This document shows positions 23,258 to 35,431 of a stretch of DNA of 64,000 nt, piece after piece. Numbering within the stretch: the first letter of the stretch is position 1; every line of letters starts with the position of its first letter. This DNA is from Lama glama (Eukaryota). The position numbers and the translations under genes are program-made. The notes below the pieces were generated by a model. That model made no database searches. It saw only the letters and a list, made by a program, of their open reading frames with translations, and was not told the origin of the DNA. The DNA lies in NCBI GenBank assembly GCA_028534125.1, contig CM052816.1, positions 14,944,001 to 15,008,000 of the forward strand, in the 5' to 3' direction.

Positions 23258-23825
23258 CTGGTCAATGCCCGTAGGCCACAGACCATCAGGAACACACCTG
23301 TAGTTGAGCAAAGTTATATTTTCTGATTATTGCAGCAAGGGAGGCTGGACGCTGCAGAGAATTATGAGGCATCTCAGTAAGAGGGTTTTTAAAAGGACTT
23401 AATGGTATTTAGTCTTGTGCAAGGTGATTTGGGGCTGGTTTGAAGTAGGACTTTGCTCTGGATTGGATGCTGTCAGAAACAGTTATTTCTATAATTGGGT
23501 ATATTAATAATTTCTTATGCAGAAGCTGAGAAGAATGGGAGGTAGCTAAAGCTATGACTGGTAAACAAGCTACGATTTGTTATTCATAATAGCCAGGATA
23601 GAGTGATATTTGGTCATTTTTGTGGACTGGACAATATTCCTTTTTGCCTGTGTTCAGGCATGATTGTGGCATCCTCTTGTTTTTGTCTTAATCCATCACC
23701 ATCACAGAGTGGCCTTGTCTAATGTTGTTCTGTGAACCTGTTTTTGTTTAACAGGAGAACACCATACCCTAGCTCTCAGTATCAGGCTAGCTCCCAGCTG
23801 TCATGGACTGCTTTTGTCTTTTTCA
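23258..23825 (-). mobile_element. Old solo ERV LTR (subfamily not resolved) inserted in an L1ME fragment
   Basis: Minus strand starts TGAAAAAGACAAAAGCAG; internal CTCAGTAAGAGGG...CTTTGCTCTGGATTGGATGCTGTCAG recalls a eutherian LTR family; L1 sequence on both sides. Confidence 0.6.
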
Positions 23826-24290
23826 GTATGAATACAGCATAACACATTTACACATTCTGTTCTACTGTTCATAGAAGTATGTCATATGTCAGTTTGTGTA
23901 CATGTGTATACATCTGGGAGAGGGGCATATATCTAGAGGCAGCATTGGTGTGCTAAGGTATGTTCTTTTCAGCTTTACCTGATACTGCCAAATTGTTCTA
24001 AGTTGTACCAATTTACACTCTCATGGCAAGATAACTTCCAGTTGTTCAAATTCTGTCAACACTTAGCAGTACTAGTCTCCTTAGATTTTAACCATTCTTG
24101 CTATGTCATGGCGGGCTTACTTTGCTTTTCTCTGATTATTAATTACTGATGAGATAGGGCACTATTTAGTATGTTTTTACTCATCTGGATCATTTGGGTG
24201 GGACAGTTGTTCAGTTCTCTTGCCCATTTTTTACACTGGATTGTCTTTTTCCTATTGATTTGTGTAGGTCTTCATATAGTCTAAATATGA
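23826..24290 (-). mobile_element. Old L1 (L1ME-like) ORF2 3' fragment
   Basis: ATACTGCCAAATTGTT...GTTGTACCAATTTACACTC...TTTGCTTTTCTCTGATTA. Confidence 0.7.
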
Positions 24291-24894
24291 GTTCAGCCTT
24301 GCTAGTCCAGGCAGTAGTGGCTCTTGTAGTTGTTGGAGTCCCCTGGGGGCAACAGCAGGTACACCATAGTTCAGCCTCGTTAGGCCAGGCAGTAGTGGCT
24401 TTTGTGGTTGTTCAAGTCCCCTGGGACGGGGGGGTGGGTACACAGTCATTCAGCATAGTTAGGCCAGGCAGTAGTGCTTTTGGTAGTTGTTGGAGTCCCC
24501 AGAGGTGCAGTGGCGGGTAATAGTAGTTCAGCCAGGAAGGAGCAGCTCCTAATGATGTTGGAGTCCACTGCGGGCGACAGCGGGTACACAGCATCTCAGC
24601 CTTGTTAGGCCAGGCAATAGATCCTTTTGTAGTTGTTGGTGTCCACTGTGGGTGGGGGCGGGTACACAATATTTCAACCAGGCAATAGTGGCTTTTGTAG
24701 ATGTTTTGAGTCCCCGGGGGGCAGTGGCAGGTACATAGTAGTTCACCCTATTTAGGCCAGGCACTAGTGGCTTTTGTAGTTTTTGGAGTCCCATGGGGGT
24801 CAGCATAGGGCAAGCAGTACTTTAGTTCAGCCAAGACACTAGTGGCTTCTGAAGTTGTTGGAGTCCCTTGGGGGGCAGTGGCAGGTTCACGTTA
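24291..24894. repeat. GC-rich satellite-like tandem array, 8 units of 68-84 bp
   Basis: Units start at 24291, 24369, 24448, 24526, 24594, 24672, 24741 and 24825; consensus approx. GTTCAGCC(TTGTTAGGC)CAGGCAGTAGTGGCTTTTGTAGTTGTTGGAGTCCCC...GGCAGTGGCGGGTACACAGTA. Confidence 0.92.
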
Positions 24895-25394
24895 GTTAAT
24901 GTTAAGTTTCCTGAGTGTGAGAACTGCATTTAAAGTAAAAAGTTGGTTTACTCCTGCTGCAAGTGCTTGGAAATCCACCTTTCCAGTCATGGGGCAGGAG
25001 CCCGCCCTGCCCTGCCCCACCCCGCCTCACCTCAAATGCAGTTCTCAATCGGGAACCTTACCATGAATACTAATTGCTAATATTCTAATCTTCCCAATTG
25101 TTCCAATAATGTTCTTTCTAGTCAATCAAGCTTTGCTCATTGTACTTAATTGTCATATTTTTCTACTTCCCTTACACAGTTTAAAAAGGCAGCCATGAAA
25201 AAATGAGTTATAAAAATACTTACAGTCATTTCATCTATATTACATTTTATATTCCCCAATATGAAAATTTTGACATCACAACCACCTGGGAAATGTGTCC
25301 TTTTCAATGCATTACATCAGGATCCATATAATCTCATTTTATCCCATTATTTGTGATACTTAGTTTGATAGTTTAGTTACAAAACAGCATCCAT

Positions 25395-26295
25395 CAAAAT
25401 TAGAAAGATACATATATCCTCTGTTCACTGCAGCATTATTTCCAATATCCAAGATATGTAAAAAACCTGTATAAAAAAGACGTGTGTGTATGTGACTGTG
25501 TATCTATGTATAACGAGTATTACTCAGCCCTTGAAAGCAATGACATCTTGCCATTTGCAGCAATATGAATGGTCCTAGAGGGTATTTATGCTAAGTGAAA
25601 TAAGTCAGATAGATAAAGACAAAAACTGTATGATTTCACTTGCAAAAGAAATTAACAAACATAACAAAACAGACAGTTACTGATACAGAAAACAACAGGT
25701 AGTTCCCAGAGAGGAGAAAGTTGGTGGAGGAAAGAAAAAGCTGAGGGAGATTACGAGGTACAAACATCCAGTTACTAAATAAATGAGTCAAGGGGATGGA
25801 GTGTGGAGAATATAGTCAATTCTATGTAACTTTTTATTTTGTGACATAACTAGACTTAAGATAGTGGTCATTTTGAAATGTATAGAAATACTAAATTTAT
25901 GTTGTATACCAGGAACTAACATTATGTTGTAGGTCAATTATACTTCAAAACAATTGTACATAAAGATCAGATTTGTAGTTACCAGACACCAGGGAAAGGG
26001 GAGTGGTAGGACAAGGGTGTGGTAGAAGGCAAGAGTGGATGAAGGCAGTCAGAAAGTACAAACTTCCAGTTAGAAGAAATAAGTACTAGGGATGTAATGG
26101 ACAACATGATAAATGTAGTTAACGCTGCCGTATGTTACATATGAAAGTTGTTGAGAGTAAGTCCTGAGAGTTCTCATCACAATGAAAATTTTTTTCTATT
26201 TAATTTTGCATCTATATCAGATGATTATGCTGTACACCTTAAACTTACACAGTACTGTATGTCAGTTATATCTCAATAAAATTGGAAGGAAAAAA
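25395..26295 (+). mobile_element. Two stacked L1 3' ends (L1MA9-like, then L1MB-like)
   Basis: GCCATTTGCAGCAATATG...CTAAGTGAAATAAGTCAG; ends TACACCTTAAACTTACAC...TATCTCAATAAAATTGGAAGGAAAAAA. Confidence 0.8.
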
Positions 26296-28175
26296 CTGAA
26301 CATCCTGTTTCCAAAACAATTTTATGACTCAGTGTTTTCCAACATTCATGGAGGATACTTTCTTATATTAATATATAGTTATATAAGTATCTGGTATGTA
26401 TGTGTGTGTAATCGTGATGTTTATACTTTCAATCCATTAAAACAGGCTTCTTCCTTTCCCTCCCCCAGTTTATTCATATTATTATTAGCATTGTACCAAA
26501 GGGGGAATCTTTGGTTCCCAATACCATCAATATATCTACTCATCTGACTCTTAAAATATTCAATATTTTTACAGTAAGATTTGGCAATCATGCTCCTTGT
26601 TACTTGCCTAAGATTTTGAAAACTTATGTCCATGCAAAACCCTGCACACAAATATTTGCAGCTTAATTGCCAAATCTTGGAGCAATCAAGATGTCCTTCA
26701 GTAGGTGAATTGGTAAATAATCTATGGTATATCCAGATAATGAATTATGGATTATTCCTTATTATTATTTGTTTGTCAGCACTAAGAAGAAATGAGCTGT
26801 CAAGCCATGGATTTAGAATAAACTTAAATGCATCCTACTAAGTGAAAGAAGCCAATCTGAAAGGTTAAATATTTTATGATTCCAACTACATGACATGACA
26901 TTCTAAAACAGGCAAAACTAGACATTTCTGGTCAAGATGACAGAGTATTAGGACCACAAGCTCACCTCTCCCAACTACAACAAAACCACAACTCACTGCT
27001 AAACAACCATCGGGGGGAAAAAAAGACTGGAACCTAGCAAAAAAGATCTTCAACTGGAAACATAAAGAGGGAACCACAGTGGGATGGTAGGAGGGGCATG
27101 CTTGAGATATAATCAGGTCCCATAACCCCTGGCTGGGTGACCCACAAGATTAAAGAATTATTAAGTCACAGAGGCCCTCCCACAGGACTGAGAGTTCTGA
27201 GCCCCACGTGACGCTCCCCACCTTGGGGTTCTGGCATTGGGAATAGGAGGCCCCAGGACATCTAGTTTTGAAGGCCAGTGAGGCTTAACTCAATGATCCC
27301 TGTGGGACTGGGGGAAACAGAGACTTCATTCTCTTGGGAAGCATAAACAGAACATCACATGCACCAGGTCCAAGGGCAGAGGCAGTGATTTCACAGGAAC
27401 CTGGAACAGATCTGCTGCTGGTTTGGGGAGTTCTGAGAAGGTAGGGGATGGCTGTGGCTCACCCAGCGAATGAAAGGGAATGTTCATTTATGTGAGCTTT
27501 CCTGAAGGCTGTCACCTTGATTTGATCATTAGCACCAAGACTTAGCCCCACTTAACAGCCTGTAGGCTTAAGGGCTGGGAAGCCTCAGGCCAAACATACT
27601 GGGTGGGAACACAGCTCCATCCATCAGCAGACTTCCTGAGCCATAAATGCCTCTAGACATGGCCCTCCCCACCAGAGGTCCAGGACCAAGATTCACCCAG
27701 CAGTGGGCAGGCACCAACTCCTCCTGCCAGGAAACCTGCATAAGCCTCTAGTCCAGCCTCATCTATCAGGGGGAATATACCAGAAATTTAAAAAAAACAA
27801 TCCCAAAACCTTTGGAAGGAATCCACAAACACAGGCCAGACTCTACACTGGGACCCACTAGACCCTGGCCCTTGCGTGACAAGAGAGGACATCTCCCACA
27901 GAGGGCCACTTCTCCAAGGTCAAGAAACATAAAACTACAAATAGAAATATAGACAATATGAGGCAGCAGAGGAATATCTTCCAGGTCAAGGCACAAGATA
28001 AAATCCCAAAATTAAAAATAAGTGATAAGATAGGCAGTCTACTAGAAAAAGAGTTTAAAGTAATGATGGCAAAGATGTTCAGAGAACTCAAGGGGAGTAC
28101 AGATGCAGAGAGAGAAGTTTTCAGCAAAGAGTTGGAAAATATAAAGAATACCCAGAGTTGAAGAATAAAAATACT

Positions 28176-30777
28176 GGAGGAGGGGGCCAAGATGGTGGAG
28201 TAGAAGGATGCTCATAGCTCACCCTCACCCACAAATATACCAAAACTCACATCCATGGACCCACCCAGCCAACCAGAGCACCTGCTGAACTCTGACAGAA
28301 CATCGCCCTCTTCAAAAGACAAAGACGCCACAAATCTGGTAGGAGAAAAGGGAAAAAGAAGAAAAAGCAAAACACTATGGGACCAGTCCTGCAGGGAGGG
28401 AGCAGCAAAGGAGGAATTGCACTCGTTTGCTGAATCTCCCCCTCTCCAACGGAGAGGTCAGTGGGACCGAGGGGGAGCCTCTGAGGCTCAGATCTGTACA
28501 GAGCACCCCTTGACCGAAAGAACTAAGTTAAATGGGCATAGAAGGTCTCCACAACTCCCAGCCCTAGAGGCAAAGTGGCAGGTAGGGGACGAGACAGGCT
28601 GCCAGAGCCGGGCGGAGGACTGGGGCAGCTGCACTGAGGAAACCCTGGGGGACTGCAGGGTGCTGCGTGCTGTGGATGAGTGGGTACACAGGGCAAAACA
28701 ACCTGGGCCCTCCATAAAATACAAAAAAAAAAAAAAACCTAACAACAACAATTAAGTGCTGATGTGCCCTGGGGGGAAGGGTGCCATACTCCCATCTCCA
28801 AAAACCCACCAAATGTTTTCAGGAGAAGAGAGGTGGAGCTAAGCCACAGCCGCCATATCCTCTGGTGCTTAACACCCAGGCAGGGGTGGGGTCTTAGCAG
28901 CCTCAAAGGCCAGATGGAGACTTGTTTACAAGCCTGGGGCAGATAGGATATTTCTGCCCTGGTATCTCAGAGAAGTCACACTGCCCAAGACAAACAAGGA
29001 GCTGAGTTTTAGCACGGAGCAGGGGCGGGGCTGTTACGCTGTCTTCCCCAAGCCCACCTACGGAGGGCGGACCCAGGGTGGAGTGGGCAGGGGAGGGACT
29101 GGCGCTGGGAGAGAGCAAGTGGCCACCTGCCTTCCTGGCAGAGCGCAGCACCTGACCGCAGTGCTGGGAGGGGGCGCGATCCGCCTGCCTACCTTGCACT
29201 AGCACAGCATCTGCCACAGCATCGGGAGAGGGAGTGACTGGCCTGCCCACCGTGTAAGAGCACAGCACCTTACTGCAGTGTTGGGAGGGGGCGCGATCTA
29301 CTTGCTGACAGGCACTGGGAGCAGCACAGACAAGGGGTGCCAACAGAGGGCCTCAGGAAGCAGCAAGCTGAGTTCCTGAAACACCCCGAAGACAGAAAGA
29401 CCTCTCAATAAAATCAAGAGCACACAGTCTCCACCAGAACATGTCCCCTCCTTTTTTAATTTTTTTAAATCTATTTTCTATTATGTTTTTAATTTTTACT
29501 TTTTAAACAATTGTATATGCTTCCAGTTTTAATCCAGCTTCATTTGCAAAAATTGGAAGAATCAATATTTAAATGGTAATACTGCCCAAGGCAACCTACA
29601 GATTTAATGCAATCCCTATCAAATTATCCAGGACAAATTTCACAGAACTAGAACAAATCATAATAAAATTTATATGGAAACACAAAAGACCTAGAATTGC
29701 CAAAGCATTACTGAAGAAAAAGAAAGAGGCTGGAGGAATAACTCTCCTAGACTTCAGACAATACTATAGAGCTATAGGAATCAAAACAGCATGGTATTGG
29801 TACAAAAACAAACACATGGACCAACAGAAGAGAATAGAGAGCCCAGAAATAAACCCACAAACTTTTGGTCAATTAATCTTCGACAAAGGAGGCAAGAATA
29901 TACAATGGAATAAAGACAGTCTCTTCAGCAAATGGTGTTGGGAAAACTGGACAGCAGCATGTAGATCAGTGAAGCTGGAACACTCCCCTATACCAGACAC
30001 AAAAATAAACTCAAAATGGATCAAGATTTATACATAAGACAATATAAAATAAACCTCCTAGAAGAAAATAAAGGCAAAACATTATCTCATATACATCTCA
30101 AAAATGTTCTCCTAGGGCAGTCTACCCAAGCAATAGAAATAAAAGCAAGAATAAACAAATGGGACCTAATTAAAGAAACCATAAGCAAAACAAAACAACA
30201 ACCTACAGAATGGGAGAAAATGTTTGCAAGTGATGAAACCAACAAAGGCTTGATCTCCGGAATATATAAGCAACTCATATGACTTAATAAGGAAAAAACA
30301 AACAACCCAATCCAAAAATGGGCAGAAGACCTAAAGCAATTCTCCAAGGAAGAAATATAAACGATCAGTAGGCACATGAAAAAATGCTCAATATCACTAA
30401 TTATCAGAGAAATGCAAATCAAAACTACAATGAGGTATTACCTCACACCAGTCAGAATGGCCATCATTCAAACGTCCACAAATGACAAATGCTGGCGAGG
30501 CTGTGGAGAAAAGGGAACCCTCCTACACTGCTGGTGGGAATGCAGTTTGGTGCAGCCACTGTGGAAAACAGTATGGAAATTCCTCAAAAGACTAGGAATA
30601 GACTTACCATATGACCCAGTCATCCCGCTCCTGGGCATATATCCAGAAGGAACCCTACTTCAAAAAGACACCTGCACCCCAATGTTCATAGCAGCACTAT
30701 TTACAATAGCCAAGACATAGAAGCAGCCTAAATGTCCATCAACAGATGACTGGATAAAGAAGAGGTGGTATATCTAT
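28176..30777 (+). mobile_element. Young camelid-type L1 with CpG-rich 5'UTR and a large internal deletion, running into an assembly gap
   Basis: Starts GGAGGAGGGGGCCAAGATGGTGG; the 5'UTR ends at ~29535 and is joined to the ORF2 post-RT region (ORFs 29573..30037 and 30376..30720). Confidence 0.88.
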
Positions 30778-30877
30778 NNNNNNNNNNNNNNNNNNNNNNN
30801 NNNNNNNNNNNNNNNNNNNNNNNNNNNNNNNNNNNNNNNNNNNNNNNNNNNNNNNNNNNNNNNNNNNNNNNNNNNNN
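30778..30877. other. Assembly gap (100 N placeholder)
   Basis: Run of N. Confidence 1.
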
Positions 30878-30928
30878 GAAATCACTAGTGCAGAACAGAA
30901 AAAAGAAAGAATGAAAAGAAATGAGGAC

Positions 30929-31061
30929 GGGGGTAGGATATATAGCTCAAGTAGTAGAGTGCTTGCTTAACATGCATGAGGTCCTGGGTTCAATCCCCAA
31001 TACCTCATCTAAAAAAATATAAACAAACCTAATTACCTCACCCCTCAAAAAAAATAGTAAT
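30929..31061 (+). mobile_element. tRNA-derived camelid SINE (Vic-1 type)
   Basis: A box TAGCTCAAGTAG, B box GGTTCAATCCC, tail AAACCTAATTACCTCACCCC plus A run; TSD AAATGAGGA at 30919-30927 and 31062-31070. Confidence 0.9.
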
Positions 31062-31925
31062 AAATGAGGATAATTTAAGAGAACTCTGGGACAACATGAA
31101 ACACGCTAACATTCACATTATAGGAGTCCCAGAAAATGAAGAAAGGGAGAAAAGAACTGAGAAAATTTTTGAAGAGATAAGAAGTGAAAAATTCCCCAAC
31201 TTGGGAAAGCAAACACTCACCCAAGTCCGGGAAGCTCAGAGTCCCACACAGGATCAACCCAAAGAGGCATACACCAAGGCACATACTAATCAAATTCACA
31301 CAAATTAAGGATAAAGAGAGAATATTAAAATCAGCAAGACAAAAGGAGCAAATAACATACAAGGGAACTCCCATAAGGTTATCAGCTGATTTTTCAGCAG
31401 AAACTCAGGCCAGAAGGGAGTGGTACGATATATTTAAACTGCTGAAAGGGAAAACCCTACAGCCAAGAATACTTCACCCAGCAAGGCTCTCATTTAGACT
31501 CGATGAAGAAATCAAAAGTTTCAGAGATAAACAAAAACAAAAGAATTCAGCACCTCCAAGCCAGCTTTACAAGAAGTATTAAAGGAACTTCTCTAGTCAT
31601 CAAAGCACAAGAAAAGAGAACAAAAAGGAGAAAAAGGGGGAAAAAAGACCTACAAAAACAAACTCAAAACAACATAATGGCAGTATGAACACACCTATGA
31701 ATAATTTCCTTAAACGTGAATGGATTAAACGCTCCAACCAAAAGGCACAGACTGACTGAATGGATAAAAAAACAAGACCCATATATAGGCTGTCTATAAT
31801 AGAGACCCATTTCAGAGTGTAGAGACAACATGCAGGCTGAAAGTAAAAGGATGGAAAAAGATGCTCCATGCAAATGGAAACCAAAAGAAAGCTGGAGTAG
31901 CAATCCTTCTATAAGACAAAATAGA

Positions 31926-32058
31926 TTTTTTTTTGCAGGGGGAGGTAATTAGGTTTACTTTTTTATTTTATTCATGGAGGCACTGGAGAATGAACCCAGG
32001 AGGACCTTGTGCATGCTAGGCATATAGAGCTACCACTGAGCTATACACTCTACCCACC
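31926..32058 (-). mobile_element. tRNA-derived camelid SINE (Vic-1 type)
   Basis: GGGGGAGGTAATTAGGTTT...TGAACCCAGG...GCATGCTAGGCA...TACCACTGAGCTATAC is the reverse of the same SINE. Confidence 0.88.
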
Positions 32059-32067
32059 CTATATTTT

Positions 32068-32254
32068 TTTTTACATTTTTTATTGATTCATAATCATTTT
32101 ACAGTGTTGTGTCAAATTCCAGTGTTCAGCACAATTTTTCACTCATTCATGGACATATACACACTCATTGTCACATTTTTTTCTCTGTGATTTATCATAA
32201 CATTTTGTGTATATTTCCCTGTGCTATACAGTGTAATCTTGTTTATCTATTCTA
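32068..32254 (-). mobile_element. Short young L1 3' end with TSD
   Basis: TSD CCACCCTATATTTT at 32054-32067 and 32255-32268. Confidence 0.88.
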
Positions 32255-32740
32255 CCACCCTATATTTTAAAATGAAGATTGTTACAAGAGACAAGGAGGG
32301 ACATTACATAATGCTTAAGGGATAAATCCAAGAAGAGGATGTAATAATTGTAAATATATATGTGTACCCATCATAGGAGCATCTCAGTATATAAGGCGAT
32401 TGTTAACAGACATAAAAGGAGAATAACACAGTAACAGTGGAGGACCTTAACACCCCACTTACATCAATGGACAGATCATCCAGACAGAAAATCAATAAGG
32501 AAATACAGGCCTTAAGTAACCCATTAGACCAGATGGAGTTAATTGATATCTATAGCGCACTCCATCCGAAAATAGAATACACGTTCTTCTCAAGTGCACA
32601 TGGAACATTCTCCAGAATCGACCACATGCTGACCCACAAAGCTAGCCTCAGTAAATTTAAGAAAATTGAAATTGTACCAAGCATCTCTTCTGACCACAAC
32701 GCTATAAGGTTAGAAATCAGCTACAACTAAAAAACTGCAG

Positions 32741-32972
32741 GGGGGTGGGAAGGGGCAGACTGGGATTTCAAAATGTAGAATGGATAAGCAAAATTATACT
32801 GTATAGCACAGGAAAATATATACAAGATCTCGTGGTAGCTCACAGCGAAAAAAAAAATGTGACAATGAATATATATATATGTTCATGTATAACTGAAAAA
32901 TTGTGCTCTACACTGGAATTTTACACAACATTGTAAAATGATTATAACTCAATAAACGTTTAAAAAAAGAAA
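32741..32972 (+). mobile_element. Short young L1 3' end with TSD
   Basis: Flanked by AAAAAACTGCAG and AAAAAAGCTGCAG; 3'UTR ending GATTATAACTCAATAAA plus A tail. Confidence 0.85.
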
Positions 32973-33454
32973 GAAAAAAGCTGCAGACACATGGAGGCTA
33001 AACAATATGCTACTGAACAACCAGTAGATAACTGAAGAAGTCAAAGAGGAAATCAAAAAATACTTTGAGACAAATGAAAATGAAAATACAACAGTCCAGA
33101 AACTCTGGGACACAGCAAAAGCAGTTCTAAGAGGGAAGTTTATAATGACACAGGCCTACCTCAGGAAACAAAAATCTCAAACAACCTAACCTTACACCTA
33201 AAGCAACTAGAGAAAGAAGAACAAACCCCAGAGTTAGTAGAAGACGAGAAACGATACAGATTAGAGCAGAAGTAAATGAAATAGAGACTAAAAATATATA
33301 AAAGATCAGTGAAACTAAAAGCTGGTTCTTTGAAAAGATAAAGTGGATAAACCTTTAGTCAGACTCATCAAGAAAAAAAGGGAGAGGGCCCAAATTAATA
33401 AAATCACAAATGAAAAAGAAGTTACAACCGACACCACAGAAAAACAAGCATCCT

Positions 33455-35431
33455 GCTGTGATTAAGTTTCAAAAAAAAATCAGAAATCATTTCTTTAGAT
33501 GTGGCATTTTATCACTGAGTAGGTCCAGTACTGGTGAAGCAATGGCTTAGGTTTAGAATAGTGCCGAACTATTCTAAGTTTGACACTAACACCAGTCCCA
33601 CATATCTAGCTGGTAAATCAAACTTCTCTAAAACAAAGAGGGACAGCGTAGGATCACCAGGAAGCCAAAACATGAGCCGCTTGGGGTGATGATAAAGGAT
33701 ATAGGGCAACCTTGGGTAAAGTGATTTCCAGAATGAGAGTTTCCCTGTTGTTTAACACTAGAAAAGCAACATCTACTGATTGAGAAGGGTTTATTGCAAA
33801 GACACAATCTAATTTTTGCAGTTTTCTCATTTTTAACATTCTAGCATTTTCAGGGGCCTTGGAATCTGCTGTAGACCCGATAAATCCTTTCCAAAAATTC
33901 AAAGGGGTCTTTATTTGTTTTTTGCTGGGTTTTTAAATTTTGTTAAACTCAGACTACTGGCTATTTGCATTTATGTCCCCTATGGGATAATGGTGTAGAA
34001 GAAATTTTCCTATGGTGAGGGTGGCTCCTGGTCCAAACTGAGTTCCCTGTCAGGTCTTAAATGGTAATACCAGACCAGGTCCCCGTGCCCCAGGAACTAA
34101 CATAGGATTTTCTGATTGATCCCTATAAGGAGGGGGAGACAGTCCAGCCACTTCCTGAGCGCCAGTGTCAGGAACTGGGGCTGGCTGTGTAGACATGGGA
34201 GGCAGGGGAAGGAGTGGATACATTGGCAGAACAGCCGCAGTGGCTGGGACAGCTGGCTCAGCTGGAGGAGTTAAGGTTGGAAGGCACATATCCTCTTATT
34301 CCTTTCCTTTTCTTATTTTCCCTGATGTAATAGCACAAATACTTGCACATAAGGCATTTCATCATTTCTCCCACTTCTTCACCGAATATCTAAAATTGCA
34401 GGATTGTAGAGAGCCATTCAAAGGCCACCATTCCTCAGTACTTTACTGTAAAAACGATAAATAGCAACTGATCCTCCGTAACCATTCTGCCTTGGCATCA
34501 ACCAACCAGGCTGAACTCTGGGCTGGGGCTTTTGGTGATTTTAGGAACCCAGTGGAGTCTTTATATTTCCCCTGGGAACCTCCTACTCTTAGACAAGAAC
34601 AGGAGGTCTTTTTTTTTTCCTGTTCTTTTTCCTCTGTTTAACAACAGAAGCTTTAAGCATCATAAAACTGACCTGGCTATAAATGGAGAAATAGCACCAA
34701 AACAAAACGAAATGAAAATCCCAAAGGACAAACATAAAACCCTAAATAAATGCTCAGGTTTGGTCTTGGGGTTTTACATATACCAGTAACACAGGAGACC
34801 ATAAAGGACATAATTAACATAGCAAGGGTGGCAGTATATGGAGATAACACGGCGTAAACCCCTCGTGGAGATCCAAACAGGTACTCTGGCCACACACTGT
34901 ACATCTTCCTCTTAGGCATGGGTTCACAGCTGTAATCAGACCACTTACTCAAAATGTGCCTAAAAAGAACCCTCCTTAGGGATAGTTGCTATGTTCCCCA
35001 TTTTCTTAAAGATAGGAATACAAGACAAACAGCACAAATGACGCACACAAATGGCTAGCATCAAAAGAAGCAAATGCACCGGTTCACAAATCGGGTAAAA
35101 GTCCAACAACTATTTCCTCTCACCAACAGGGTACCCCACTAAAACAGATTGGCTTATTCCAGAGAAAAAGCCCCAAATGGAGAGGAATAAAGTTTCTGGC
35201 TGTACACACCAGAGCGACTTAACTTACTGTATGGAGCCCATCAGCTCCCAGATGTCGATTCCTTGCTCCAACTGCCAAGCACTAGGGCAGCCAGTGCCAC
35301 TTTGGGGAATTCTGAAGGGCAGATCCTCAGGACAAGTGGTCCTAGCAGCTGCTAGGGCCCTACCTGAAAATTCTCCAAATGGGGCTGGCTGGCCACAAGC
35401 AGCAAGGCTCCTGGCTGGCTTCACCAAAAAT
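33455..35431 (-). mobile_element. ERV1 (gamma-like) internal region with deleted gag remnants, 3'-truncated
   Basis: Minus-strand gag motifs: WPLNGSL and MPYVQVF (matrix, ~34345-34435), proline-rich segment with PPPY late domain (ORF 34050..34289), capsid C-terminal APENARM...RKLQKLD...INPSQSVDVAFLVLNNRE (ORF 33654..33902). Confidence 0.82.
35408..35426 (-). promoter_or_regulatory. Retroviral primer-binding site, tRNA-Arg(ACG) type
   Basis: TGGTGAAGCCAGCCAGGAG just 3' of the LTR, versus TGGCGAGCCAGCCAGGAG (complement of the tRNA-Arg-ACG 3' end): one C>T change and one extra A. Confidence 0.8.

Noticed and set aside
24194..24806. Repetitive ORFs (GLQQLQKPLLPGLTRLNY...) suggesting a repeat protein or CRISPR-like array
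   Set aside because: Unit lengths are mostly not multiples of three and frames break; units are homologous along their whole length with no unique spacers; mammalian context
28255..29343. 166-aa and 146-aa ORFs in the young L1 5'UTR (ORF0-like)
   Set aside because: GC-rich, tandemly repetitive UTR sequence readily gives stop-free frames; no support without the subfamily consensus
30929..31005. tRNA-Ala-like sequence as a tRNA gene
   Set aside because: It has a SINE tail, A run and TSD, and three more diverged copies occur in the window
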